DNA from: Chlorokybus atmophyticus
Lineage: Eukaryota; Plantae; Mesostigma and Chlorokybus algae
Direction of reading: 5' to 3'
DNA length: 64,000 nt
Assembly: GCA_009103225.1 (NCBI GenBank)
Contig: RHPI01003599.1
Span: 62,001 to 126,000, forward strand
Positions within the stretch are counted from its first letter, which is position 1. Each line of letters starts with the position of its first letter. A program made the translations under genes and the position numbers. The notes beneath the pieces are model-generated. The model had not been told where the DNA came from. It ran no database searches and worked only from the letters and a program-made list of their open reading frames with translations. This document shows, piece after piece, positions 24,991 through 37,527 of this stretch.

Positions 24991-26079
24991 NCTGCATGTG
25001 CGGTTGTTGCTAACAGCAAGGCGCTACCACTTTCAACTGCTAAACTCACCGGTTAAGAAAGATGTGTATGCGCGCAGTTGGCATATGCCATCAACGGCAT
25101 GAAAGCACTTGGTTGCTGTTTGCAGTGCAGCCAGAGTGACTGGATGCTTGCTGCGAGCACATCTGTAGGGTAGACATGCGCAGCTAAACGGCATGACGCC
25201 AAAGCTGATTGTCTATGTGTTAGCTCAGACTGTATGTGCTTCTGATCGACTTAGGCTCTGGTTGATTGCCAGCAAGCTGCTGCTGCAAATGTGAAGGTGG
25301 CCGTACGCTGGCCCTGTGACAACTTGTGCGCTTTCAAGTTATGCTGTGCTGAAGTGTGGTTTGTCTGACCATTGCTTGTGTTTGTTGTTGTCAAGTACAA
25401 CTTGCGTTGCTCTGTAGGAAACCAAGTTGTCACCCGATCTTGCAGTTGCTCAACAGCGTAGTTCTTACTGTAGTATGCTGCACTGTGCTCCCTTGCAATC
25501 AAGCAGCGTCTTGCTAGCTTCAATCCCAAGTGTTGCACCATGTTTAAGGTTGTTCTTGAGTGCATACAGCGCAGCTGCACATTTTGCATCACAGTGCAAT
25601 GGCTGTTGCATTTACCGCTCTGCAGTACAGTTCTGCTTGCCCTTGTGCTGTTGCTCGACGTGCTGTTTTACCTGCTATGATCTTGTAGTATACTGAGTGG
25701 TTCTTTGTTTACAGCTGACCATCGACGTGTTGTGAGTCTGCAACTAGAGGTTGCTGCTTGTCTCATTGTCAACAAGGTAAGCCATCCTCGTGTTTATGCT
25801 GGTACAATTTGTGTAGGTTGTCACCATGATGCTATGGTCTGGACTTCCGAGGTGCATGTCAAGGTTATGACATACCAACCCTGGTTGGATCCCTTATGTG
25901 TGTAAACAGGCACCTACAGGCTCTTTGTGTTGCAGCCCCCCCAGCGTATGAGACAGCTTCATCACGCCACATTTACACTACTACGTGGTTGACGGAGTTC
26001 ATCAACTGCCTGCCTTCATGGCTGTCAACACCAAACCCCCACCCAGTAACTCACGTCCCGCCACACGGATCGCCGCTTA

Positions 26080-26681
26080 TTTCCATCCTTTGATGGTATC
26101 CCACATGAAACAGAGGGTGTGCCTGAGGATCTCCCAAACGGGTGGGCCTTTCTAGGCGAGATCATTGACACCAACCCTTAACCATTCTTACGCTACCGCA
26201 CCATTGTGAAAGATCGCAAAGGCCGCAGCAACATTGTTATAGCATGATACGTGCACGCTCCCAACCAGCTCAAAATGGCGGCTGTCACCGCACAGTTTAA
26301 GGTTGGCAACACGGTTGTCATCCACAATGCCATTGGCAAATACTGTCTGAACATGTCAGAGGGTATACGTGAAGATAGCGCCGAGTGTACATCTGTCATC
26401 CCAGCGTCGTTGGCTAACATTGAGTAGATTGACATCAAGCTTCAGTCACTCGAGAGTCAGACCACCAAGACATGCTCCACATGCGGCAAGGCAGATGCAC
26501 CTTCCCAGTGTTCATTATGCAAGACTGCCTTCTATTGCAACAGGACTGCCAAGAGGCAGATTGGTCTGCCTCTCACAAGCAGTACTGCCAAACAACCACA
26601 GCTTGGAAAGCCTTATTGAAAGAGATGGGATTAATCCTTTGGAGACATAAACAAGGAGAAGAAGAAGATGACCAAAACTAA
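26080..26681 (+). pseudogene. MYND zinc-finger domain protein pseudogene
   Basis: FPSFDGIP..WAFLGEII..FLRYRTIVKDRKG..FKVGNTVVI..GIRED then CSTCGK..SQCSLCKTAFYCN(R)-frameshift-DCQEADWSASHKQYC; three in-frame stops plus a frameshift. Confidence 0.75.
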
Positions 26682-27571
26682 AGTGACGACCATTACGAGT
26701 AGTAGAGCGTTGTCTCTGCTGTATTTGCAACTTTGACATGCTGTCTCATAGACAAATAGCTGCGCCTGTGAGGACATTGGACACCCCACAAGCAGAACAC
26801 ACTGCGCTCCAGGCTTTGCTGCATCCAAGCAGTACAGCCTCTTCTAAGTGGGTGAGTCAGTCCTCCATATCACTGCCCACCGCGGATATACTGCAATGCT
26901 ACAATTCTCACCGATGCACGCCTAAGTTGGTGGTCGAATACTGAAGGTAATGCATGTTGTTGCTCAAATAGATCAGTGAATATATATAGTGGTGTAATTA
27001 TAGCCGTATCACTTGCCATGCCACCTGTTTTAAAAAACATTGCTAATGGAAAAACTGGTCAACTGACAGCATGCATGCCTAGACACCTAGTGAAAAACAA
27101 TATTATATAGTAAAAAGTCCGTTACTTGACATGGATGTGCACCTGCAATTTGTGACCCATGGGATACATAGAGTTCATGGCCAAACTGTCAGCTGGTTTA
27201 TTGGTCGATGCTCACGTTCAGATACTAGGCCACTCTACACCAATTACAAGCCTTTCCTGGGCAAGTAACTGGTGAGTTGCACAAGCATACACAGTTGTGC
27301 TGACGTTGTGCTGCCAACAGGGCCACATGCATAGGGTATAACACAGGGGCCACAAAGATGCACACAAGCAAGCACTCAAGCATACAACCGATATCAACCC
27401 AAGCAACAAGGCACAGCTAGCTAGCTTGCTAGCTATGGGGCTAGATATATATGCGTGCAAGGCAGTGAGGCAGGCAGCAGCAGCTATGGTGAACCTGCCA
27501 GAACACCTGCACAAGGTAGGGGGCTGGCAAAGGCTATGGTGAGGCGTGTACGTACAGTATGGGGCATCCTC

Positions 27572-27721
27572 CACTACTTCCGCGGTAAGCGGTAATACCG
27601 TTTCCTGTGCTTGGAACAGAGTTATTGTGTCTTGCGGTAGGCGTAATGTGTCTGCCTGTCCGGGAAGGTGGCGGCAAGTATGCTTCCCTCGCGGTAGATG
27701 TAATGTCGGTGTAATGTGTCT
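27572..27721 (+). mobile_element. Candidate CACTA/EnSpm-type left terminus with subterminal repeats
   Basis: CACTAC at 27572, then GCGGTA at 27582, 27589, 27634, 27691 and GTAATGT(GTCT) at 27643, 27700, 27711. No matching right end found. Confidence 0.35.
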
Positions 27722-27875
27722 AACCCCTCAGCGCCGTCACGTGCGTGGTCGCCTCCAAGTGGGGCAGGGACCGCGCACGGTGTCAAAGGCCCCTGCCCTT
27801 GAGGAGCCGCAGAGTAGGCAACCGAGCAAAAAGAAAATATAGCAGCATGCAAGGAACTCACCGCGAGTTCAATAA

Positions 27876-27962
27876 GTCGGACATACGTCACTTGTGGTGA
27901 AGTCATCGGCGTGCGAGGCCTTTGCACGCCGATGACTTCATCACAAATGACGTATGTCCGAC
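27876..27962. repeat. Near-perfect inverted repeat: 39-bp arms, 2 mismatches, 9-nt loop
   Basis: 27876-27914 gtcggacatacgtcacttgtggtgaagtcatcggcgtgc pairs with 27924-27962. Confidence 0.95.
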
Positions 27963-30900
27963 CTAATAGAACGCGAGCCAAGGTGCTCAATAGCGTAAAG
28001 TGTACATCACCTAGTGCATTGTTGCTATCGTTTACAACACCGTGACGCCTAACATCCGCGCAAGCCTTATGTAAGTTCTCGCGTTTTTTGTTGCTTCGCT
28101 TTAGCAATGGGTGACTTGAAGGGTCAAATCTCTTGCCAATAGCTTACGTGTTTATGTACTGAGTACAATGTACTAGCGAGCTGCATGTTAACAAGCATTA
28201 CATGAGCTTGTATCACATATGCATACACATAACTCTGAGACATTTGTATATTGATGCATACAATAACGCCCCCCCCCCCCCCCCCCCCCCCCCNNNNNNN
28301 NNNNNNNNNNNNNNNNNNNNNNNNNNNNNNNNNNNNNNNNNNNNNNNNNNNNNNNNNNNNNNNNNNNNNNNNNNNNNNNNNNNNNNNNNNNNNNNNNNNN
28401 NNNNNNNNNNNNNNNNNNNNNNNNNNNNNNNNNNNNNNNNNNNNNNNNNNNNNNNNNNNNNNNNNNNNNNNNNNNNNNNNNNNNNNNNNNNNNNNNNNNN
28501 NNNNNNNNNNNNNNNNNNNNNNNNNNNNNNNNNNNNNNNNNNNNNNNNNNNNNNNNNNNNNNNNNNNNNNCCCCCCCCCCCCCCCCCCCCCCGCGCACGT
28601 ACGCACGCACACTGTGTAGTATTTTAATTGCTGCCGTATGTGTTTGACCCTTTCTCAAGTTTCACACCTTACACGTGTGACACGAACGTGTACGTTTGTA
28701 ATGGGCCATTACACGTGAGCAAGGGCCCTTCTTGCAGAAAAGCATGTTGCGTTGCAACTTCCTGCACCCAACATGTAGCGCGTGCGCGCGCGCGCACATT
28801 TGTGACACTCGGTGAGTCCAATCGCCATGAAAGAGAAGAGTGCGGAGTGCGAGAAGCGCTCCTAGTATTTGGACCATTTTTGAAGTGGGCGGGAGCCTTG
28901 AACGGTTCCGATAGATGCATCAATCCCGTTGGCAATGGAGTCGCACCGTTAGGTGGGTCGCCAAGTGATGGACTTTGTTGGCCACGCTTGAGCATTAGAT
29001 GCTTATCAGCTGGAGACGCGATATCCATCACGCTTTATAACTGCCTTCGGCTAGCACACAAATAATTTCCAACTCGCGTAGGCCACGTGGTGTACCGCCA
29101 GTATAGCGCTAGCTGCGATGCATGCAGGTCCCTCCTTGCGCATGCCATATCGTGCAGCGCACAATACACAACATGTAGCTGTAAGGACATTGCTCGTGTA
29201 CACACTATCATACGATTGTGTCTTAACGGAGCTGCTTTGATGGAACTTACATTCTACAACAATCTTTTAGGTTGCAATGCATTACAACAGTGTAATGCAA
29301 GACACCTTAAGTTAATCGTGCGCGCACAGTTCCCGCATAATTGCTCGCATCGACGTAAACAATGCGGCACATGCAGCAATTGCAATAACAGCAGATGCCG
29401 AGTGATACCACTCCGAGTGTAGCACACAGTCACGAGCGGATGAATGCACGCATGCGAAACAATGTCATAACTTTGCTTTGCATGCGGTATACTTTCAAAA
29501 GGCAATTCTTGTACAAATACAAGAACTGCCATTCGACTATTGCAAACACATGCATGCAACACCCACGCGCATGGGAGCACATAAACATGTGTGACATAGA
29601 CCTAATTGACAATGCCATTCCGTATTGTATGATTGTATTCGTCACACCGCCTTAAGCTCACATACACGCAAACTTGCAAATGTACACAAATAGAGAGCAC
29701 ATGTGTCTGATGCAAAGCTCACCAATGGTGCAATGGCAGAAGCATTGAGTTGTCCTGTTTACTTCTACTTGTCCTCCCGTGCTATACATATACCATATAC
29801 CTACGGATTGCAGACATTGCATGCTATGCATTGGACCTACTGGACATCCTATACCTGTGTGTACGCGTATGAGGACTGCCAGCGCCGGGCGCCTGTTGCG
29901 AGCGTAAGGTGCTACTACCAGTAGGCCAATAGCTTACTAGCTGTAGCAGTCAGTGCGCAGTGCGCACTGTGTTCAAGCCGCCCACACCCTAGCATTGCGT
30001 ATGCTGCTTGCGGATGTCGAACATCGTCCACATGTCACAGAGACGGCAAGTGTCAACATACATGCATGCATTGAGGGCTTTAAGAACAGTTGTGTGTGGC
30101 CTGCTTGCGTTGCCTGCCTGAAGTGGTATGTGCGCTGCACTGCACTGAATTCAAAACGCTTTAGGGCAAGGTGGTATTGGAGCCTGGTGCGACAGCGGCG
30201 GGGTGGGCGGCGGTGTTGCCAGGACCACGAGGCAGATGCTGCGCTGGCGTCGGCGTAAGCATGTAGGCGCCAATGCGGGCGTGGCGGCGAATGCAAGCTT
30301 AGCAGCAGCGTGGCAGGCCGCAGCCAGCCAGGGGTGACGTGCCGGGAGCAGTACGGTGCGGAGTGCAGTGACGTGGAGGCGTGACATGTGCCTCGGGAGA
30401 TGACGTGCAGGCTCTGTGCACTGTGTGTTGTATGCGGCGTGACAGCGTGCTATGGAACAAGTGTACTCGTCAGCGCGCGACAATGATGACCCTACCGGGA
30501 TGACTGTAGTGGATTTTGGGCTTTTGGTCATCAGGCCCAATCCAAAAGCCAAGTCTCCACCTGAGGCCAGTCAGCCCGGTTCTCCCCGCCGAGTTAGGGA
30601 GGGACAGAGAACAGTGAGAGTGCATGCGCCAATAGGCCTACACATGTCGAGCACACAGCTTGGGGGAAAACGGCTGCTTATTGCACTAAGGCCCATAATA
30701 TAGTAAACGCATAAGTCATGGGCCAGATTGCATGGCATGATGCCAGCTCCACACCATTCTGCGCCGACACTTCGTGGTCCCTGTGCAAGGGCCACATAGT
30801 CCATCATAACATCATGTTAGCATGATTCTCCTGAAGTGTCCGTGTTGACCTACATTTCTTATCTATCATCACTATGTCGCACTGGCTAACAGGATAGCAT

Positions 30901-31608
30901 GGCTTGGCACATCTCCGTATCAAGGCATACCATACGACAAGTTGTTGTTCATGATAGCCACTGCCAGTGCCACTGGTCCAGTGGCTGTGTGACATGCACA
31001 AAATGCCATGAAAAGCACCATACGGCCAATATGCGCTTCTCCAGCAGTACTGCAGTGCGAAGTAACTGCGCACATTGTCGTCAAGCACCCAATGCGAGCG
31101 CAGGCCTTCATAAGCATAAATCATGGCAGAAAACATGTAAATAGATCAGACCGTACGACCGCAAAAGTGCACCAAATCATTGGTTGCAACTCAGTCACCA
31201 GTAGCACGGTATTGCGCTCCGTGCAATCTTAGCAAGAGATATGATCCTCGTTCGGATGGGACAGCCCTTTGTGGTACAGCCCTCCTGCGTAAGGCAGAAA
31301 GCGCCACAGCGTGAAGCTCCATGCACGTGCAACCTAATAGTGTACGGAAGCACCGCTGCTTCCAGGGCACTACATAAGTTACAGCCAAACATGTGATAAA
31401 AAACAGACTGTATTCCACAGCAGTGTCAGATTGGTCGTTGTCGCAGGGCGGTGGTGTAGGGGCGGCCCTACGTATAGGTGAGCACCATGTGGGCGTTGTA
31501 TTTGCTGCTTGTCTGCCTGCATGAGCTGCCTGCATGTGCGTGCATGCTGCTTCTGCCCAGTAATGCTGTATCGTGTCCATGCATTGCAGGGGAAGCACTA
31601 CCAGCGCC

Positions 31609-34381
31609 ATGCAGCGCAAGACCCAGCTGGCGGCGTTGCCGCTGCTGGTGGTGACCCTGCTGGCCATTGCGGCCCAGGGAGTGCAGCCTGCTGTTGCTAA
31701 CGATAACACCGCCGGCGCCGTTGTCAAGTCAGTACCGGTCTCATTCACAGCCTTGCATGCTGTCATGTATCATCAGATGGTAGCCCTGTATGACGGTTGC
31801 CGATGCTAGCACACAAGGTGCATATTTGTGTATAGCTTGACATATGCTACTGATTGTCACCATGTGACTGTACCCTGAGACATGCCAATTCTCCTTGCGC
31901 TTCCCTGCTGACCGAGGGTATCCATGTTTGCAGGGGCTGTGTGTATTGCGACACCTGCGATGATGGTAGGCAGCTACACTGAGTGGTGCTGCTTGCAAAC
32001 ATGTTGAGAGTAGTCTGCTCATGTTGACTTGGTGATGTGCGCATACAGGCAAGTTTGATGCAGCGCGGGACAAGCCTCTGGCAGGCGTTGATGTGCAAAT
32101 CACTTGCAAAAACACCGACGGTGACTTGACCTTCCTCACTGTCACTACCGGTTCCGATGGCTGCTACAGGCGTGACGGCGTGCCAACAGTGGAATTGTAC
32201 GCTCAGAAGGGGCAGAAATACGCCTTCTGCAGTGTCAGAGTGCACAAGCCGAAGGGCAAAGCCTGCAGCGCCTTCTCCTCCAAGCGCTGTGGCCAGGCTG
32301 CCGTGTATGCCGGCTCAAATGCACTGCATGACCACAAAGAATACACGGTCAGACATTAAGCTTGTATGTTTGGGTGCACGCTTAGATATGTACATGTATA
32401 TGTAATGTTCCCACACGTGTGTGCGTGTGCGCGACCGCACGCGTGATGTGCCTGAATACACGTGTGCGCGAGACCATACGCGTGTGCACGCGTATCTGTT
32501 GTGTGCTGATTGTCGCTGATTTCACACAGATAGAACAGCCCGCCTTTTGCTTAAGGCCACAGACGCCACCCCGCAGCTGCAACGCCCCTCCACCACCGAA
32601 GGACGAAGATCGCTCTCCTCCGCCAAAGGGTCGCTCCCCTCCCCCGCCAAAGCACCGCTCTCCTCCTCCCCCGAAGCGCAGCTCTCCCCCACCACCCCAG
32701 GCCGAGTCTCCTCCCCCACCCAAGCCCAGCTCTCCCCCACCACCCAAGCCTGAGTCGCCTCCTCCACCAAAGCCCAGCTCTTCCCCACCACCCAAGAACA
32801 AATCCCCGCCTCCACCAAAGCCCAGCTCTCCTCCACCGCCTAAGGCCGAGTCTCCTCCTCCGCCCAAGACTGAGTCTCCCCCACCACCGAAGCCCAGCTC
32901 TCCCCCACCCAAGGCTGAGTCTCCTCCTCCGCCGAAGCCCAGCTCTCCCCCACCACCCAAGGCTGAGTCGCCTCCTCCACCGAAGCCCAACTCTCCGCCA
33001 CCACCCAAGACCGAGTCTCCTCCTCCCCCCAAGCCCAGCTCCCCACCACCCAAGGCCAAGTCGCCTCCCCCACCAAAGCCCAAATCTCCTCCCCCACCCA
33101 AGGCTGAGTCGCCTCCTCCCCCGAAGCCCAGCTCTCCCCCACCACCCAAGGCCAAGTCGCCTCCTCCACCCAATGCTGAGTCTCCCCCACCACCCAAGCC
33201 TCAGTCGCCTCCCCCACCCAAGGCTAAGTCGCCTCCCCCAAAGCCCAACTCTCCGCCACCCAACAACGAGTCTCCTCCTCCTCCGAAACCCAGCTCTCCC
33301 CCACCCAAGGCTGAGTCGCCTCCCCCACCCAAGGCCGAGTCTCCTCCCCCACCCAAGNNNNNNNNNNNNNNNNNNNNNNNNNNNNNNNNNNNNNNNNNNN
33401 NNNNNNNNNNNNNNNNNNNNNNNNNNNNNNNNNNNNNNNNNNNNNNNNNNNNNNNNNNNNNNNNNNNNNNNNNNNNNNNNNNNNNNNNNNNNNNNNNNNN
33501 NNNNNNNNNNNNNNNNNNNNNNNNNNNNNNNNNNNNNNNNNNNNNNNNNNNNNNNNNNNNNNNNNNNNNNNNNNNNNNNNNNNNNNNNNNNNNNNNNNNN
33601 NNNNNNNNNNNNNNNNNNNNNNNNNNNNNNNNNNNNNNNNNNNNNNNNNNNNNNNNNNNNNNNNNNNNNNNNNNNNNNNNNNNNNNNNNNNNNNNNNNNN
33701 NNNNNNNNNNNNNNNNNNNNNNNNNNNNNNNNNNNNNNNNNNNNNNNNNNNNNNNNNNNNNNNNNNNNNNNNNNNNNNNNNNNNNNNNNNNNNNNNNNNN
33801 NNNNNNNNNNNNNNNNNNNNNNNNNNNNNNNNNNNNNNNNNNNNNNNNNNNNNNNNNNNNNNNNNNNNNNNNNNNNNNNNNNNNNNNNNNNNNNNNNNNN
33901 NNNNNNNNNNNNNNNNNNNNNNNNNNNNNNNNNNNNNNNNNNNNNNNNNNNNNNNNNNNNNNNNNNNNNNNNNNNNNNNNNNNNNNNNNNNNNNNNNNNN
34001 NNNNNNNNNNNNNNNNNNNNNNNNNNNAAGGCAACTTTACCTCCTCCACCAAAGGCGGAGTCTCCTCCTCCGCCCAAGGCTAAGTCGCCTCCTCCCCCGA
34101 AGCGCAGCTCTCCCCCACCACCAAAGGCTAAGTCTCCTCCTCCCCCCAAGCCCAGCTCCCCTCCACCACCTAAGGAGTCTCCTCCTCCACCCAAGCCCAG
34201 CTCTCCCCCACCTCGCAAGGAAGAGTCTCCTCCGCCTAAGCGCTCACCTCCTCCCCCAAAATATGACACCAAGTCCCCTCCCCCGAAGTATCGTTCCCCT
34301 CCCCCAAAGGAGGATTCCAAATCCCCTCCGAAATACTATGGTCCACCAGAGGACGGCCATGATCATCATCATGGTCACTAG
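31609..34381 (+). CDS. Secreted Pollen Ole e 1/PAC-domain extensin-like hydroxyproline-rich glycoprotein (4 exons; last exon spans a gap)
   Basis: Signal peptide; VVK|GCVYCDTCDD|GKF..KPLAGVDVQITC..TGSDGCY..CSV..C; then many SPPPPK repeats (KAESPPPPK, KPSSPPPPK) and tail KYRSPPP..KYYGPPEDGHDHHHGH*. Frame across gap 33358-34027 cannot be verified. Confidence 0.88.
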
Positions 34382-37052
34382 ATAGACAGGCATACAGTGA
34401 GCTACCCGCCAAGACGGAATGTCCAGAAACTCACCTCTCAAGTGCACATACTACTGTGCAAGACAGTGCCTTCAACATGCCTCCTCAGAAGCAGGGTTTT
34501 CCAAGATTGAGCGTACCTGATAGTAGTAGGTAGTCACCACATGCTACCCATCATCCTGTAGTATTGCTGGTCAAGTGTAGTGCACTTCCCTTAGAAACCA
34601 ACAGGCAGTGCATGCTGAGTTTGAGACGCTGTTCCCCTTGTATTTGACATGACTTCCATGTGCTTTGTGTATCAGTTGCTGAGTGTGTAGATTGCAGTCG
34701 TATGTACTCTGTGGTTGATATTGATCGTGCTTCTCGCTGGTGCCTTGGAATGTATCTATCAAGCTATATATCTTACACAAGATGTGAGAACGTTGTACAA
34801 ATGTCAGCACAAACTCTGTCACACTACCTGGGAGGTTGTTCACTTGACATAGCTGCGATACAACCTAACCTCGTAGTAAGTTGTGCAAGTCCTCACGCAG
34901 TGCGGCTGCCACTAGGGTGACGCATTTCTTCTGCAGGCAGTGACCACCATAAAGGTTGTGTGAGAGTTGAACTTGTGCACGCACACCCATGCATGCTCAC
35001 ACGTGCATAACTGGCATGCCCCCAACTACGCACGTGGTGGGAGTGTTGCTGGAGGGGGGCAACGGCTATGACGGAGCTGTGGGAAGTGTACCTGTGTAGG
35101 AGCCCGCTGCTCGCCACAACGGAGCGGAGCTGATGGTAGCGTTGACGCAGCCCTACTTCGGGCACTTCTCTCCAACCCTTGCAGTATACAGTAACAAGTA
35201 TAGTGAGTGTGCGTTCGCAATCACTCATCTTATGAGTCTTGTGTTATACAAAGGGGCATGCTGCTGTGTAGATGCTCACTAGATACACGAATGTGCATGC
35301 TCTGCGCACACACGCACACACACACACACACATGGCGCTGTTTGCGCACGAACGCGCACGAGCGCATTCGTGATCGTTGGGTCAATGAGGTTTGTCTTAC
35401 GTGTTGCACATGCACATGCACGTACATGTACATACAGGGGTAGGGTCGCTTCCTCGCTGATTCCTCTCGCTGTGACTGACACAGTGTGGGTGGGCTTGTT
35501 ACTTGTTGAGGATTTTGTCATGTGCACACATACACACACATGACAAGACACATGCGCCTTGCGTGCACAATCACTTTATCCAGTCTTTGTGGCTCATGCG
35601 TGCGAGCGCATGTGCATGCATGCGTGCTTGTCAGCAACACTACTGCTGTTTCACGTACGACCCGGACAAGTACCTTGCTTAAGGATGGTGGTAGTCCAGC
35701 CTGGTTGCCACAGTGCACGCTTGACTCCTGCATCCAAGTCGGTGAGAAAACTCTATTGTGTCAGATATTGTATACTCAGGAATGTAAGCTGTAATTGTAA
35801 CTATCGTATGTATTGTATACAGGGAATGCTGACGATTGTATATAACATCCTGCTATTGAATAAACTGTTTGCAGTTGTGGCAACGAGCCGCCTGCATGAC
35901 GGTCATCCACGTATGCACACATTCCTCCAGCACCGTTTATGAGGCTTGCTCTGTGGCACCAAGGCACTCGTTGCCATGTCTACACGCATCGCGTGGTAGC
36001 GTATGTCTCAGCTATTAGCGTGCCCAGCAGCGCACCTGCTGGGTGATTGGTTAGTTGTTGTCATTGCTGTTGTTTCCCAGCTTTCTTCTACCTGCATGTG
36101 CAGTTTTGTCATAACTCGCAGCTCAGATGAGACGAACAATGCACAGGTCAGGCGCTTGAGGTCTAGAAGGCAACGATCTGGGTGCCAGACAGCCTAAGCC
36201 TTAGGTATTGCAACAGAATACAAGCCCAGGGCCTGCTCCAACATGCTGGTCGGTTGGCGGCATGCATAGCGGTATATATCTACAAAGCACTAAATCAACC
36301 GTAGACTGCTTGGAGACTTGTGTAACTCGTTGCTAGGCATGCGTAGGCTCTGCACATACAGAAATCAAGGCATGCTGCAACCTCAGGCTCGCGACTTGAC
36401 ACACTGTCTGACCGTAAGCGGGTTTTGAAGCAAACACTCTGATTACAGTAGAGTTATGATGAACAGCCGCCTGCTACGCACCTGTTTGACGCTACTCAAC
36501 CGTATGGCAGCAAGCAGATGTAAGCCGCTTCATCTGCTACTTTTAACGCAATGACTCACTCCCACTGACAAGTAGTACTAGTCAGTGGGAAACAACTTAA
36601 CGGATCAACTTGTTATTCCACAAGCTGACCAACAACAACTAGCAGACGTTGCGCAGTATGACAACTCATCATGTCGCTACAACCACTGCAAAGTAATACA
36701 ATTTGTGCTCCGTGCATGCACAGCTCAGTTGTGCTTGCAAGTTGCAAGCAGTAGGTGCCAGTACTACCAAGCCGATGAGCGACCACACCAGTCACCTCCT
36801 AACGTGCAAAGGTGCGGCGCTCCTGCACAAGCCCCTTGTTCTCTTGCTTCGCCGCCTCCTGCAGCTGCTCCTCCGTGAACACCTCGAACTCCTTGCCGCC
36901 TGTTGTACTTCACCCCGCTCCTTCCTGGGTGACTAGCTGAGCCTGAGTCCTGCTGCTCCTGCGTGCTGTTGCGTCTTGTGCCTCGAAACTCTGTGATTTT
37001 GGTCTCAAACGAAAGAGTGTGTGCTGTGTTGGTCTACCGCATTTGCACGTAT

Positions 37053-37340
37053 AGAAGCCCCTTTGTTTATGAGGGGGGCCTGTAATAGGGGGGCTTGTAT
37101 TGCACCAGGGGGGCCTCTATTCGGCGCGAGTTACGCTGTTACGTGTGAGACTCGCGCGCGTCAAGTGTTGGGTTACACTTGACGCGCGCGAGTCTCACAC
37201 ATAACAGCGTGAGCGTAACTCACGGGGGCCCCCCAATGAGTCATGTGGGGGGCTTGTAAGCGGTCGGGGGTCCTTGTAAGTGTATCCACAAGCCCCCCAC
37301 CCCTTTTTGCCAAGGGGGCTAGTAATAGGGGGGAGCTTCT
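37053..37340. mobile_element. Candidate MITE-like element with central hairpin and G/C-run subterminal motifs
   Basis: Short terminal IR AGAAGC...GCTTCT; recurrent GGGGGCTT/AAGCCCC(C) and TAATAGGGGGG motifs; 36-bp-arm hairpin 37133-37210; flanks gcacgtat/gcacgggt partially match. Confidence 0.5.
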
Positions 37341-37467
37341 GCACGGGTAAAAACGGTACCTTGTCGTTTCATACACTCTACACGCTGGAGTGGGCTACAT
37401 AAGGCCAGACATGCGTGCCATGTGCACTGGCATGAGCGTGACTTGTACACATGTAGTGTGGCATTGT

Positions 37468-37472
<5 letters not shown>

Positions 37473-37524
<52 letters not shown>
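37473..37524. repeat. (CT)n microsatellite
   Basis: Direct reading. Confidence 0.95.

Positions 37525-37527
<3 letters not shown>

Noticed and set aside
29950-31450. Short ORFs (e.g. 30804-31136, 30151-30552) suggesting a degraded gene
   Set aside because: No family motif recognised and the frames are interrupted by stops.
32382-34320. Gly-rich minus-strand ORFs
   Set aside because: Antisense shadows of the SPPPPK extensin repeats.
34570-36950. Scattered exon-like minus-strand pieces (KEFEVFTEEQLQEAAKQENK, SFLTDLDAGVKRALWQPGW, KKCVTLVAAALREDLHNLLR)
   Set aside because: No start codon, no consistent splice path and no recognisable family; possibly a decayed gene, but it cannot be supported.
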